A program made the translations under genes and the position numbers. Source: Octopus sinensis (Eukaryota). From it: a DNA stretch of 64,000 bases. The notes under the pieces were generated by a model that did no database searches, was not told where the DNA came from, and saw nothing but the letters and a program-made list of their open reading frames with translations. The DNA is taken from NCBI RefSeq assembly GCF_006345805.1, contig NC_043012.1, forward strand, positions 7,750,001 through 7,814,000, in the 5' to 3' direction. Below, piece after piece: positions 38,641 through 51,127 of the stretch (the first letter of the stretch is position 1; each line of letters begins with the position of its first letter).

Positions 38641-39058
38641 CCTCCTAATCCTCTTCATTCTCCTCATTCTCCTCCTCTTTCTCATCCTCATTCTCCCTCG
38701 CCCCATTCTCTCCTCGTCCCTTCAATCATCTCATTTTCCTCTGCACTGAAACATTGATATGTTCACATGTACAGCAAAATCACTTTTAATTCTGCTGTAT
38801 GCTGGCTTCTACAGTTTCTCTATCTCATTTATTGCCAATACTCTTCCATTGAGAAGTTGTTTTCACCTAAACAAGACAAAGAAATATGATAAAACTGTTT
38901 TATAAGGGCTGATGACAATCATCATCATCATCATCATCATTGTTTTTATGCCTACTTTTCCAGTACTAATAGCACAAGACTTCTTGAGACATAGTTCTAA
39001 GTCTGGTTGCCCTTTCTGTTGCTAAACTTGGTTTTCTGCATTCATAAGAGTAGAATGG

Positions 39059-39120
<62 letters not shown>

Positions 39121-39135
39121 TACTACTACTACTAC
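39059..39135 (+). repeat. (TAT)n(TAC)n microsatellite
   Basis: Read directly from the sequence. Source of the poly-Tyr ORF. Confidence 0.97.
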
Positions 39136-40654
39136 AACTACTTGAAGCATGAAAAAAGGAACTTTAAAAATGATGATGGTGGTGGTGATGATGATGATGA
39201 TGATGAAACCAAACTACTTTGTCTTCACCATCAAAATAATTTGTTTGATATACTTTTGTTTGTTTTGTGTATTTTTGATGAAAAGATCCTTTTCAAAGAG
39301 AAGAAAGGGTAGCTTTTATATTTACAACTGAGTGATATATGAAGTAGATCTCCACACACGTTAAAGCCCGGAGGCAGAGTGAACTGGATCAAAGTTAGAG
39401 TGGCTGTGGCTGTAATAGCAAGCAGTGAGAAAGTTCCTGCCAATCAGTCAGAGGACAAAATCAACTGTAAACTTCCTCTGTCTCCATTACTAAAGCACTC
39501 AACTTCAACAGAAGATAGTAAAGAGATACTCTGACCATCTACCTGGTTAGTAGCATATCTTTTGAACTGTTGTGTTTGACTGCCAGGCTTCAATATGAAT
39601 GGTAAAGATGTCTGAATCTCCTTCTACATATGCTACTGAGCTCTACTTCTCTTTGAAAAGGAGCTTTTGATTGAAATTTCAGTAAGAAAATAAATTGTTT
39701 TTATTACATACGTTGTTTTGGTTTCCAAATTTGTTTAGATTTTCATATATTTTATTAGTTTCAAATTTTGGCACAGGGCCAGCAATTTTGGGTAAGGGGG
39801 CTAAGTCAATCAGATCAACCCCATTGTTCAACTAGTACTTATTTTATTGACCCCAAAAGGATGAAAGTCAAAGACGACCTCAGCAGTATTTGAACTCAGA
39901 ACATAAAGACAGCCAAAATTTACAGTATTTCAGGAACAAAAAAAAAAGCTATGCAATGGGTCTGTTACATCAGAGGCAACTCTGGGCTAAATAAAGCAAA
40001 CAAACAAACATACTTCACATTAAAAGATTATCTACCAAATAATACTAATAAAGTTGATGGTATATCTTAGAAGTTTCATTCCCTGGTAAAACTCCATGTA
40101 TTTTAAACATTTTCTCATGCTCTATCTAAGACATAAAAATTGTTCAGGCAGAGTTACTTCACTTAACTAAAGACCTCAAAATTGTGCAACCTGACCTCAT
40201 TTTCAAGGTTATTTTTGTTGTAAAAAAGAGTTGTTGTGCAAAAAAAAAACATACTTTACTTGGTAGCCAAACGATTACCTAATCATTTGAAACCTCATAC
40301 ATCAAAATAGGCAGCTCAGTTTTCGAATTCATAAGGAACATATGTGCACATGCGCGTGCACAAAATCTGTCATATATATATATATATCAGGTCATTTCAT
40401 CATGTTGAACATTTAATCCCTATACATTTTTTCCTCTCATTCCTTTCTATAGTAAAGTATAGGCTCAAAACAGTCATAGACATTTCTATTCTTCCCGAGT
40501 GTCAAACTAATACACCTGCTTGCTGTTCTCTGACCTGTCTTCATCTTTTGTTTTCTGTCAATTTGAACTATATATATGTATGTATTTTTATGAGAAAATT
40601 GATATCCTGTTAAGTATGTGCATGTGATACTTTAATAGTGTCTTCACACATGCA

Positions 40655-40697
<43 letters not shown>

Positions 40698-41897
40698 ACT
40701 TATAGAACATAGTTCCCTTTCTCTCTTACCCATATATTTTATACTTCACATAGATTGACAGGTAAAGTCTGCCTTTCTTTCTCGCTCCCCCTTTCTCTTT
40801 CTGTCATACACCATCCCTTTTAACCTACCCCACCCACCTTATCACATTAATTTATTTGAGACTTGACAACCTATCAATCAACCTTACCTATTATGATACA
40901 ATATGTGTGACACTCACCTAACACTGTCCAAACGTCTCTTGCTACTGTTTGTATGTTACCTTCTTACCTGATACCTGTCTACACACACACACAAATGTGT
41001 TTGTATATGCGTTTCATCATTTTAACGTCCACTTTTTCATGTTTGTATGTGTTGGAGGGAATTTGTTGAGGCCGAATTCTCCAGCCAGATACCCTTCGTG
41101 TTACCAACTCTCACCCATTTCCAAGCAAGGTAATATTTCCCCATGGCTGAACATGTTTACATGGAAGATTTGAACCAGAGGGCGCTGCTTGTATGATAGT
41201 ACCCTCTCATTTACAATTGTCACACAATGTACAGACAAGGAGGCACGCACACACACACACACATCCAGTGGGATTTGAATTCAAAACCTAATCAGAAGAA
41301 ATGCTGCTAAGCATTTTGTCTGACTTGCCAGCTAATAATAATAATAATAGGTTTCAAATGTTGGTGCAAGGCCAGCAATTTTGGGGTAAGTGGGTAAATC
41401 TGTTACATTGACCCCAGTGCTTAAGTGGCACTTATTTTATTGACCCTAAAAGGTGAAGTCAACCTTGGTGGAATTTCAACTTATAAATAATAATAATAAT
41501 CCTAATATAGGCACAAGGCCTGATGTTTTGTGGCAGGGGGGATAAATTGATTACATCAACCCCAGTGCTCAACTGGTACTTATTTATTGACCCCCCCCCA
41601 AAGGATAAATGGTAAAGTTGACATTGGTGGAATTTGAACTCAGTACATAAAGTTGGACAAAATGCTTCTATACATTTATTCTGCTTGTTCACTGCCTTAA
41701 TGATGATGATGATAATATTTGTGATGAAGTTTGCTTACATGACCACAAATTTTGAGGATAGGGGTCTCTAGTTGAAGAAATGCCTTATTTGTTTTAGCTC
41801 TTCTATGTTCTGAGTTCAAACCCAGCTCAGGTCAACTTCATCATCCATCCTTCCAAGCTTGATAACATTATATACTGGTCAAATGTTAACACTTTAA

Positions 41898-42355
41898 CTC
41901 TTTAGCATTTAAACTGACCGTATTCAGTCCATATATTCTACCTGCTTTATGTGGAAACCTATTTCTTTACTACCCACAAGGGGCTAAACACAGAGGGGAC
42001 AAACAAGGACAGACAAACGGATTAAGTCGATTGCATCGACCCCAGTGCGTAACTGGCACTTAATTTATCGACCCCGGAAGGATGAAAGGCAAAGTCGACC
42101 TCGGCGGAATTTGAACTCAGAACGTAACGGCAGACGAAATACGGCTACGCATTTCGCCCGGCGTGCTAACGATTCTGCCAGTTCGCTTTATGTTGAAACC
42201 AGCCAGATCTGGCTTTTCATGCCTAACCTACAATGTTCATTCTAAAATAATCACATCATTGAAATCTCTAAGCAACAAGACAATGCACAATTAATTTAAA
42301 ACAATGCAAACGAACAAGTACTACATTTGACAGAATAATTTGAATGCTTGAAGGG
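41898..42355 (-). mobile_element. P2 TTAA MITE interrupted by a SINE
   Basis: TTAA at 41894-41897 and 42356-42359. Confidence 0.75.
41960..42184 (-). mobile_element. SINE family B2, young copy
   Basis: 16-bp TSD GCTTTATGT(G/T)GAAACC at 41944-41959 and 42185-42200. CpG-rich. Confidence 0.92.
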
Positions 42356-42808
42356 TTAATATATTGTATTGTTCACAAATTTTGTGACCTTGCATCTCTG
42401 TAATGACTAACTGGAATTCTAGGAGTGAAACTAGTTGAATAGTGAACACAATATAGTATTTTGTTATGCCTCAATCTGATTCAAGTTCAAATCACTTCAG
42501 AGCTGACTTGGCCTCTTGTTCCTCCACTACTGAAAAAGGTTTGTCTATAAAAATGAAATTTCAATACATTTCCTTTCCTTGTCACTTCTACCACCACCAC
42601 CACCAGCCTCTATTATGTTGTTGCGTAGCCCCAGGCCAGTCCTGACCAAAAGCATTACAACCATCATCTTCCTGGCTTGTACAGAGAACTGCATTATCTA
42701 ATGCAGGAGTGTCCCACACACAGCACGCGATAATGTTTTGTCTGACAGACAGATGGGCAAATGGATGAACGGACAGCCAGCATTCACATGACCATACATC
42801 CGTACACT

Positions 42809-42811
<3 letters not shown>

Positions 42812-42867
<56 letters not shown>
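42812..42867 (+). repeat. (CA)n microsatellite
   Basis: Read directly from the sequence. Confidence 0.97.
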
Positions 42868-42870
<3 letters not shown>

Positions 42871-44721
42871 TGTGTATGTGTATAAACACACACACACACA
42901 TTCATACATTATAAACCACATCCATACACATCACTGTTTGTGCTTGATTTTCATAGCTGCCATCATCATCATCATCATCATCATTGTCAGCATCTCTGTC
43001 ACCGCCATTATTATCGCAATCATTATCACTATTATTCCTTCTACCACCACCGTCATCGTCATCATCGTCGTCATCATTGTCTCTGCTGTTGTTATTTGAA
43101 CTTGTTATTGATTTCTTAATATAATAATAATAAGCCATTGTAATAAAATATCATTTCCCTAATCTCAGCGTACATCCAATCAGCTCTACTGTTGTCAGCC
43201 TCGTTAACCCTTCTACCACTACCATCTTTCTTGTCTTGCTTTTATATGACCACCACCACCTCATATCCTCTGCTTCTCTTTGAATTTTCATCCAGTTACC
43301 TGCTTCTTCACTCTTCTTACCATTGTCATCGTCATCAGTAACCTTATCAAGACTTCTTCACTAACTATGAAATCATCAATAGGGTGGTTAATGGAGGAAT
43401 TGGTGGACTGTGGTCAAAAATGCCTTGTCGTATTTGGTTAACTTTCTTTACAGTCCAAGATCAAATCTTACTGGTATCAATCTTTGCTTTTCTACCTGCC
43501 ATGGGGGGATGTCGATAAAATAAGGACCAGTGAAAGGAACTGGTTTAGTCAACCATAACCTGTCCCCTCAAAGCATGTGACCGTCTGTTAATGTTAACGC
43601 ATGATAAAGTTGGTGGAGGAGGGAGCTTTCAGAGATGGTAGAGAGCAACATATAAATACCTTAGATGTGCCACCTGGGTAGGCAAGGTAGTCAGTGCCTA
43701 CCCTGAATAAACTAGATCGATAGTAACATTTTCCTTTTATGGCAAAATATGCACCAAATTCAATAAAATTATAAAGATTACTCTGATTACTATGCATAAA
43801 ATACAAAATATTTTATCTTTTTGTAGATTAAGTAGGCATAATTCGCCCCTGCCTTTCAATCTCAGTATTAAAGCTTCACATAGTATTGCTGTAGTACACA
43901 TGCTGTGTACATTCCTACAACATTTTTTTTGCATACTATAAAGGCAGAGGTAAATCTGCCTCCAACTCAGTTGTGCACCTGTGTTTTGCTTTTTTTGTGT
44001 GTGTGTGTTTTACTACATAAACATCACCAATTGCCTACCCCAAGTAATTACTGACGTGACATACCTGCTTTTTATGTATCAAGTTATGTCACTTTGTTAC
44101 ATTCTAATGTGTTAATTCCTGAGGGAGAAATCTACCTTCCTTGTTCCATTGCTTGAGAAAACACAAACCAGTCATGTATTGAGGTCAATCTCTTCCCCCA
44201 CTTCACCCAGATTTCTGAACTTGGTATTGAAACAAACGATTTTTGTTGTTGTTGTGTAACCATGATCACACTTATTACATAATGATCCACAAATTTACCA
44301 TGCGCTCTAAATAATTTGTTAAATCACTAATTGTGGTCCACATCCAAATGGTCCCAATATAATATACTATGTCACATGAAGTGACTGGTTCACTTCATAA
44401 CAACCCCATGGTTTGGCTTCAATTCTGCTGTGTGACACTTGGAACTAGTGTCTTCTACTATAGCTTTGGGTTAACCAATGCACTTAGAATTAAATTTGAA
44501 CGCAGAAACAGTATGGAAGCTTATCATGTATTAACCCCTTATTGGTTTATCCCGAGTTTACTTGTGCATCGCAAATGTATCTTTTTAGAACCAGTGTTGC
44601 CATAGTGTGCAAACCAGCTGGGAAAAGTTTTATCAAAATTGATTCACAGAGAAATCCTAAATTTCACTCCTAAGCTATTAGCATGTTTCTGGGTGTGTAT
44701 ATGTATGAATATATGTGTGTG

Positions 44722-44752
<31 letters not shown>

Positions 44753-44986
44753 TTCTACTCGAGTGAAATATCTTAAATGTCAAATTATTGAATTTGTTGC
44801 CATCACAGCTGAATGAATGGATTACTTCAATCTAAGATGACATATTACAGTGGTTGGCAGCCTGGATTGTAGGGTATCTGTTCCAAATGGCAGAATATAA
44901 ATAAATACCATTTATCAGCTCCTTTATGGGGGGTAAAAAATTGATTTGAAATAAAGTCAAAATCCTTTGCAAATGCTGCTGATATT

Positions 44987-45376
44987 GGCGCAGGAGTGGC
45001 TGTGTGGTAAGTAGCTTGCTAACCAACGACATGTTTCCAGGTTCAGTCCCACTGCGTGGCATCTTGGGCAAGTGTCTTCTGCTATAGCCCCGGGCCGACC
45101 AATGCCTTGTAAGTGGATTTGGTAGACGGAAACCGAAAGAAGCCCGTCGTATATATGTATATGTATGCGTGTGTGTTTGTGTGTCTGTGTTTGTCCCCCT
45201 AGCATTGCTTGACAACCAATGCTGGTGTGTTTACGTCCCCGTCAATTAGCGGTTCGGCAAAAAGAGACCGATAGAATAAGTACTGGGCTTACAAAGAATA
45301 AGTCCCGGGGTCGACTTGCTCGACTAAAGGCGGTGCTCCAGCATGGCCGCAGTCAAATGACTGAAACAAGTGAAAG
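44987..45376 (+). mobile_element. SINE family A
   Basis: Near-identical to 21215-21612. Confidence 0.9.
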
Positions 45377-45789
45377 AAGAAAGATTGGTTTCAGATTTTA
45401 GTACAATGCCAGCAATTTGGTGGGGTAGGAGTTAAGTCAATTACATCGACACCCCAATGTTTGACTGGTCCTTATTTTATTGACCCACAAAGAATAAAAG
45501 GCCAGGTCAGCCTCAATGGAATTTGAACTCAGAACATGAAGACACACGAAATGTCACTAAGTATTTTCCTTGGCATGCTAATGATTCTGCCAGCTCGCTA
45601 TCTTATAGATAATGCTAATATTGGTACCCTAAAGATGGAGTCTTCTTTACAAAAACAGAGAATGGTTAACAATGGTTGGGTTTTTGGGGTTTTTTTTTTT
45701 TTTTTTTTTTTTTAAATTTCTGGAAAATTATTTGTGTGTGTATTTACTTCGTTTACATTTGTCTTATTCTAATTTCCTTCTCCAAACAG

Positions 45790-45988
45790 GTTCTACGCCC
45801 GAGACTCTGGACTTCTGAAATTCAAGATCTATGCTGGACTCCAAGGCCGCAACCCGCCACCCACTGCCCGCCGTCTGGTTGCTTTCACCTTTCATCCTTA
45901 TGAGCCATTTGCCATTAGTATCCAAAGAACAAATGCTGAATATGTGGTCAATTTTCACGTCCGGCATATAGCCTACGAAGCTGATTAG
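45790..45988 (+). CDS. DET1: De-etiolated homolog 1 (CRL4 DDB1-DET1-COP1 E3 ligase component), last coding exon
   Basis: Polypyrimidine tract and CAG acceptor (ttctaatttccttctccaaacag|G), phase 2. Translates as (R)[65 protein letters not shown], with TAG at 45986-45988. This matches the DET1 C-terminus as I recall it from human ([17 protein letters not shown]…[33 protein letters not shown]). Confidence 0.97.
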
Positions 45989-46227
45989 GTTGCGACCTCT
46001 ATCATGCCTCTCTGTCTCTCTCTCTATTCTGTCACTGTCTTCCATCTATTACTTCCTCATTGTCCTCCTCTTCTACTTCTCACCATTTTCATCCTTCTCT
46101 CTTTAATGACAATTTAATTCTAGCTCTCCATACATGGTTTTATACAAACACATTTTGACATTTTATTCAATACACATATACACATGCATTACATGGACAT
46201 AACACAATAGTTACTTGTTATATTCAA

Positions 46228-46233
46228 AATAAA
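46228..46233 (+). promoter_or_regulatory. Candidate DET1 polyadenylation signal
   Basis: AATAAA about 240 nt after the stop. Positional only, and the region is AT-rich. Confidence 0.35.
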
Positions 46234-48473
46234 TAACATACACTCATATTGTGTGTATATTAAATGGTGTGCACTTTACATGCATATTATGTCATGCACA
46301 CATAGTTATAATAATGTATAACTTAATTTCAAATAATTCATTAAAGGTCAGTATGTATCTTGCTATGAGCTTTTCAAATGTTGAAAAGCTCATGATGAGT
46401 GGAACGTGTGGCCATTTGTAATGAATCATTTTAACTTAATGTGATATATATCTTTCTCAACATCTAGCCTTGTCCTAATACTTTAACTGAAAGTAGCTTT
46501 CAGTGCTAAACTACCCTTTCATCTGTGTGTGTGTGAGAGTATGCCTTCAAGTTTTTCCATGTTCTCTCTCTTTCTCCAACCATTTAAGATGTGTGTGTGG
46601 CACCAAAACCATGTTCCTCTTCCCTCTCCTTCCTTCCTCCTCCATTGGAAGCAGTAAATTTAATGCTTTTATTATTCCCTCTTATTACCCACCCATCTGC
46701 ACATGCACACACGCACACACACACACAGTTTTCATGTTCTTTTACAACTGCAGCTAAAACCTGAAATATCTTCCTCAGTATTTCAGTTTTGTAATTCCAG
46801 TCTCCTATTAGCTGATTCCTAGTCCAGCTCATTTGGTTTTGTTTTTATTTAGATGATATAAATCATACTGGTTAAAAATTATTTGTAACTTTTTTTTTTT
46901 TTTTATGTAAAAACTTTTATCAAAGTACATTTGAGTAGACTATACTAGTCTGAAGAGGATTAATAAGGTCAATACACCCATAGTTGTCCCCCTTGACTGA
47001 GAAAAAGAAACATTAAACTTATATTTCATTGGCACATAATTATCTCCCCTGCAGTTTCTGAGCTTGTTAAGGTTTTCTTTTACCTGCTTTTTTTTTCTTT
47101 TTTTTTTTTTGCTTTCCAAAAAACCTTCCGGTCAAGAATATTTTGTATATAGCATTTAGTATCTCACCCTTTAACGTATGTACCCAAATTCATACTTTTC
47201 ATTTATTTGAGCTATTTCTCTTAGCTCTTTCTTATAGTCTTTTTACTATGGCTCATAAACCAACATTAGATCGCTTGTCGACAGTGTTTGTGTGATGAAT
47301 GAAAAACCACTCTCTCTCTCTATCTATCTATCTCCCCTGGATTGGATGCTAGTCCACTGCCATTTTAACTTCTCTGTGCAAACCATTACCTATATTGTAG
47401 TTGGGTGAAATAACTGAATCAGCAAATGTATTGAATGCAACACACCACCTTCCAACCTTCTAATGAGCTGAGTAATTAGTCATTATCTCAGCTCATCATA
47501 TAAAAGCTATTAGTCAATGAGGAAACCTCTGTGTGGTCACACAACCTACCAAAAATATCAGCTAAATCACCCTCAAATCACATATCTTGTTGTATTAAAA
47601 AGCAAGAATACACTAGATAATGCAATCTTAGCTCACTGTCTCAATAAAAGACTGGATGGTCAGAAGTGGAATGTCGTTGATCTCATAGGTCTATCAGATC
47701 ATGGCTAATCTGGGTTTAATTAATCACTTGCTCTAAACCGGGTTACCTCTTAATCTAAATGCTTCATCCTCAATGACAGAACACTTGTCTACTTCCTTTA
47801 GACTTAATCCATCATCAGGCTTTACAAAGCCGTCACTTGGTCCCTGGGTACCTCTAGCAGAAACCCATTCTGGCACGAGTATTTCACATCAAGAATCTGT
47901 TCTGATAATACACGACTTCTTTCCTTCGTTCCCAGATCCTAATCAATCACAGAAGACTCTGAAAATATTATTCATGGAAAATACAAGACTACGAAATCGT
48001 GGTTGACTTATGACAGGGTGGAGGGTAAAAAAAAGAGCACAAACAGGGGGGCAGGTTGCCTGGCACTTTGTCAGTCATGACAGTTAGTGTTCCAGTTAAT
48101 CTGAACAAGGGAACAGCCTGCTCGTGAAATTAACATGCAAGTGGCTGAGCACTCCACAGACATGCAAACTCTTGACATAGTTCTCAGGGAAATTCAGCGT
48201 GATACAGAATGTGACAAGGTTGGCCCTTTGAATTACAGGTACTACTTGTTTTTGCCAGCTAGAGTGGACCAGAGCAATGTGGAATAAAGCATCTTACCCA
48301 AAGGCACAACACACTGCCAGGAATCGAACTCACAAGCTCGTGATTGTGAGCTGAATATTCTAACCACTCAACCACCCACTTACATGGTCTGAAGCCTAGT
48401 ATCAAAAATGCTTGAACTCCTAGTCGTAAGAGAATCCTTAATCTTTTAGCATTCAGATTTCTCTGTCAAATGT

Positions 48474-48912
48474 TGTGACCCCCTTTGGTCGTGAATGATT
48501 ATGGGATTGCACCTAGAAAGTTACCCTCTGAGGCACGATGTTATCCAAGGGAAAGGCAAAGTCCGATACAGCTTGGCACCAGTGACATCACAGCTCATTT
48601 ATTAATGTGCAAGTGGCTGAGCACTCCACAGACACGTGTACCCTTAACGTAGTTCTCGGGGAGTTTCAGCATGACACAGAGTGTGACAAGGCTGGCCTTT
48701 TGAAATACAAATACAACAGAAACAGGAAGAAAGAGTGAGAGAAAGTTGTGATGAAAGAGTACAGCAGGGTTCATAACCACCCCCTGCCAGAGCCTCATGA
48801 AGCTTTAGGTGTTTTCACTCAATAAACACTCACAATGCCCGGTCTGGGAATCGAAACTGCGATCCTACGACCGCGAGTCCACTGCCCTAACCACTGGGCC
48901 ATTGCGCCTCCA
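48474..48912 (-). mobile_element. Chimeric SINE: family C head and body with a family E 3' tail
   Basis: A single 13-bp TSD CTCT(G/A)TCAAATGT at 48461-48473 and 48913-48925 encloses both parts. Junction near 48600. Confidence 0.8.
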
Positions 48913-49024
48913 CTCTATCAAATGTAATGCTTATTTATTCACATTGATATGAATTTGTCATGCATTACCTTGTAGCTTTGAGATTTCAGCAACAAGATTT
49001 TTAAAATAATATTTTGGGATAAGT

Positions 49025-49430
49025 AGGCGTAGGAGTGGCTGTGTGGTAAGTAGCTTGCTTACCAACCACATGGTTCTGGGTTCAGTCCCACTGCGTGGCA
49101 TCTTGGGCAAGTGTCTTCTACTATAGCCTCGGGCTGACCAAAGCCTTGTGAGTGGATTTGGTAGACGGAAACTGAAAGAAGCCCGTCGTATATATATGTA
49201 TATATATATATATATGTGTGTGTGTGTATGTTTGTGTCTTTGTTTGTCCCCCTAGTATTGCTTGACAACCGATGCTGGTGTGTTTATGTCGCCGTCACTT
49301 ATTAGTTCGGCAAAAGAGACCGATAGAATAAGTACTGGGCTTACAAAGAATAAGTCCTCGGGTCGATTTGCTCGACTAAAGGCGGTCCTCCAGCATGGCC
49401 ACAGTCAAATGACTGAAACAAGTAAAAGAG
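49025..49430 (+). mobile_element. SINE family A
   Basis: Near-identical to the other family A copies. Confidence 0.9.
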
Positions 49431-50083
49431 AAAAAAAAAAAATAGAAGTGTAAGAGACATCTGGCCTGTTTGGAGATAAAATATAGAATATTTTGATTGG
49501 ATATGGCCAATTTAAATGCTAAAGGGTTAACTTATACCGAACTTGGCATCATATCGTCATATGTTTGACGATTGAAAGTGGAGTGTGTGTTTGTATGTGA
49601 ATGTTCAGAGGGGTTAATGGAGAAAGCGAGAGGGTGTAAGAGAGAGATAGTGTGAGGAGGGTCTTCATGGATGGAGTAAGAATTGTAGCAAGTGAGAGAG
49701 ATGAGTGGGGTAGGGGAGCAGCCTGCTGACCAAATGTAAACAGTATACAGACATATCACACATGTGCGTGAACATACACACATAGATGTGTGACCAGCAG
49801 CACAGCAGAACAAAAACCTGTGACCATCGACCCCAGACAGAAGGGGTAAAAGCACAATGTTTTATTTGTTTGTTTGTTTGTTTGTTTGTTTGTTTGTTTG
49901 TCTTTGATGTTTTTTATGGTATGTCATATGTAATCTTGCTTTGATATCTGTTACACATTAAACATCCTTAAAATATTTGGAGGTGTGAGATTAGGGGAGG
50001 GTTGAGGGGCAGGGAAGGCTAAAAATAGCATTGGTCCCTGCAACACCCTACATCTTCCCCTAACATCCCCTAATCAATCCCCC

Positions 50084-50114
<31 letters not shown>

Positions 50115-50124
50115 CCTTCCAAAT

Positions 50125-50334
50125 CAGTGGTTCTCAACATTTTTAATATCCAGACCAGATCCCAACCTGGATTTGTTTTTAGGGGGCCACTCCCAACAAA
50201 AGTAAAACACAAGTCAATGGAAGAAAATTTTATTACACTTATAGAGAGAAGACTGTCGGGAGGCGGGTGGGGGGGGGGTCGAAGGATGGTCGCGGATCAC
50301 ATGTGGCCCTGTGAGCCATGGTTGAGAACCGCTG
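50125..50334. mobile_element. hAT (Charlie-like) MITE
   Basis: Terminal repeats CAGTGGTTCTCAAC / GTTGAGAACCGCTG. 8-bp TSD TTCCAAAT / TTCTAAAT. Confidence 0.88.
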
Positions 50335-50710
50335 TTCTAAATTTTGCTTCAGAATTTTGGGTTTCTTTCACAAGAATTAACTGTGTGAGGTGAATAACAA
50401 AACTTTCAAACATTCAATATTTCTAGGGATGGGGTGGAGGAGATGACTCCCCCACCCCACTCTTCTCAACTTTCTAAACATTTTTTAATTTCCATTTTTT
50501 TAAACAAAAAAAATTATATCTCTTCTTTTTTGTTTGTTTTCTTTATTCTTTTTTTTTTTTTTTTGGTGGTGCGTGTATGTTTTTATCTAAAATATGAATC
50601 TGAGAAAAAAAAATTTTTCGTTATTTTTCTTTCCTTTCCTTTTCTTTGAAAAGTTTATTGCAGGTTTTTTTTTTTTTTTTTTCACCTTAACACTTCAATA
50701 TACAGACACC

Positions 50711-50942
50711 TATTTCTTTACTACCCACAAGGGGCTAAACACAGAAGGGACAAACAAGGAAAGACAAACGGATTAAGTCGATTATATCGACCCCATTGCA
50801 TAACTGGTACTTAATTTATCGGCCCTGAAAGGATGAAAGGCAAAGTCGACCTCGGCGGAATTTGAACTCAGAACGTAACGGCAGACGAAATGCGGCTACG
50901 CATTTCGCCCGGCGTGCTTAACATTTCTGCCAGCTCGCTCGC
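50711..50942 (-). mobile_element. SINE family B2
   Basis: 18-bp direct repeat CTTCAATATACAGACACC at 50693-50710 and 50943-50960. Confidence 0.92.
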
Positions 50943-51091
50943 CTTCAATATACAGACACCGACAAACACGCACCTGCACACATGCACACTTACATATGCA
51001 TTTTAGTATTCACACCACCACACTTCAACATATACACACTAACATATACAGAATTGTACTAATACACTAACATGCATCAGTACAGACTGAT

Positions 51092-51127
<36 letters not shown>

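Larger units (their letters stand above)
48442..49526 (+). mobile_element. P2 TTAA MITE split by two SINE insertions
   Basis: TTAA at 48438-48441 and AATGCTAAAGGG|TTAA at 49515-49530. MITE segments at about 48442-48473, 48913-49024 and 49450-49526. Confidence 0.75.

Noticed and set aside
38306-38706. Minus-strand (EEDEV)n and (RMRWK)n ORFs
   Set aside because: Variation between repeat units is non-synonymous in these frames. They are shadows of the 15-bp repeat.
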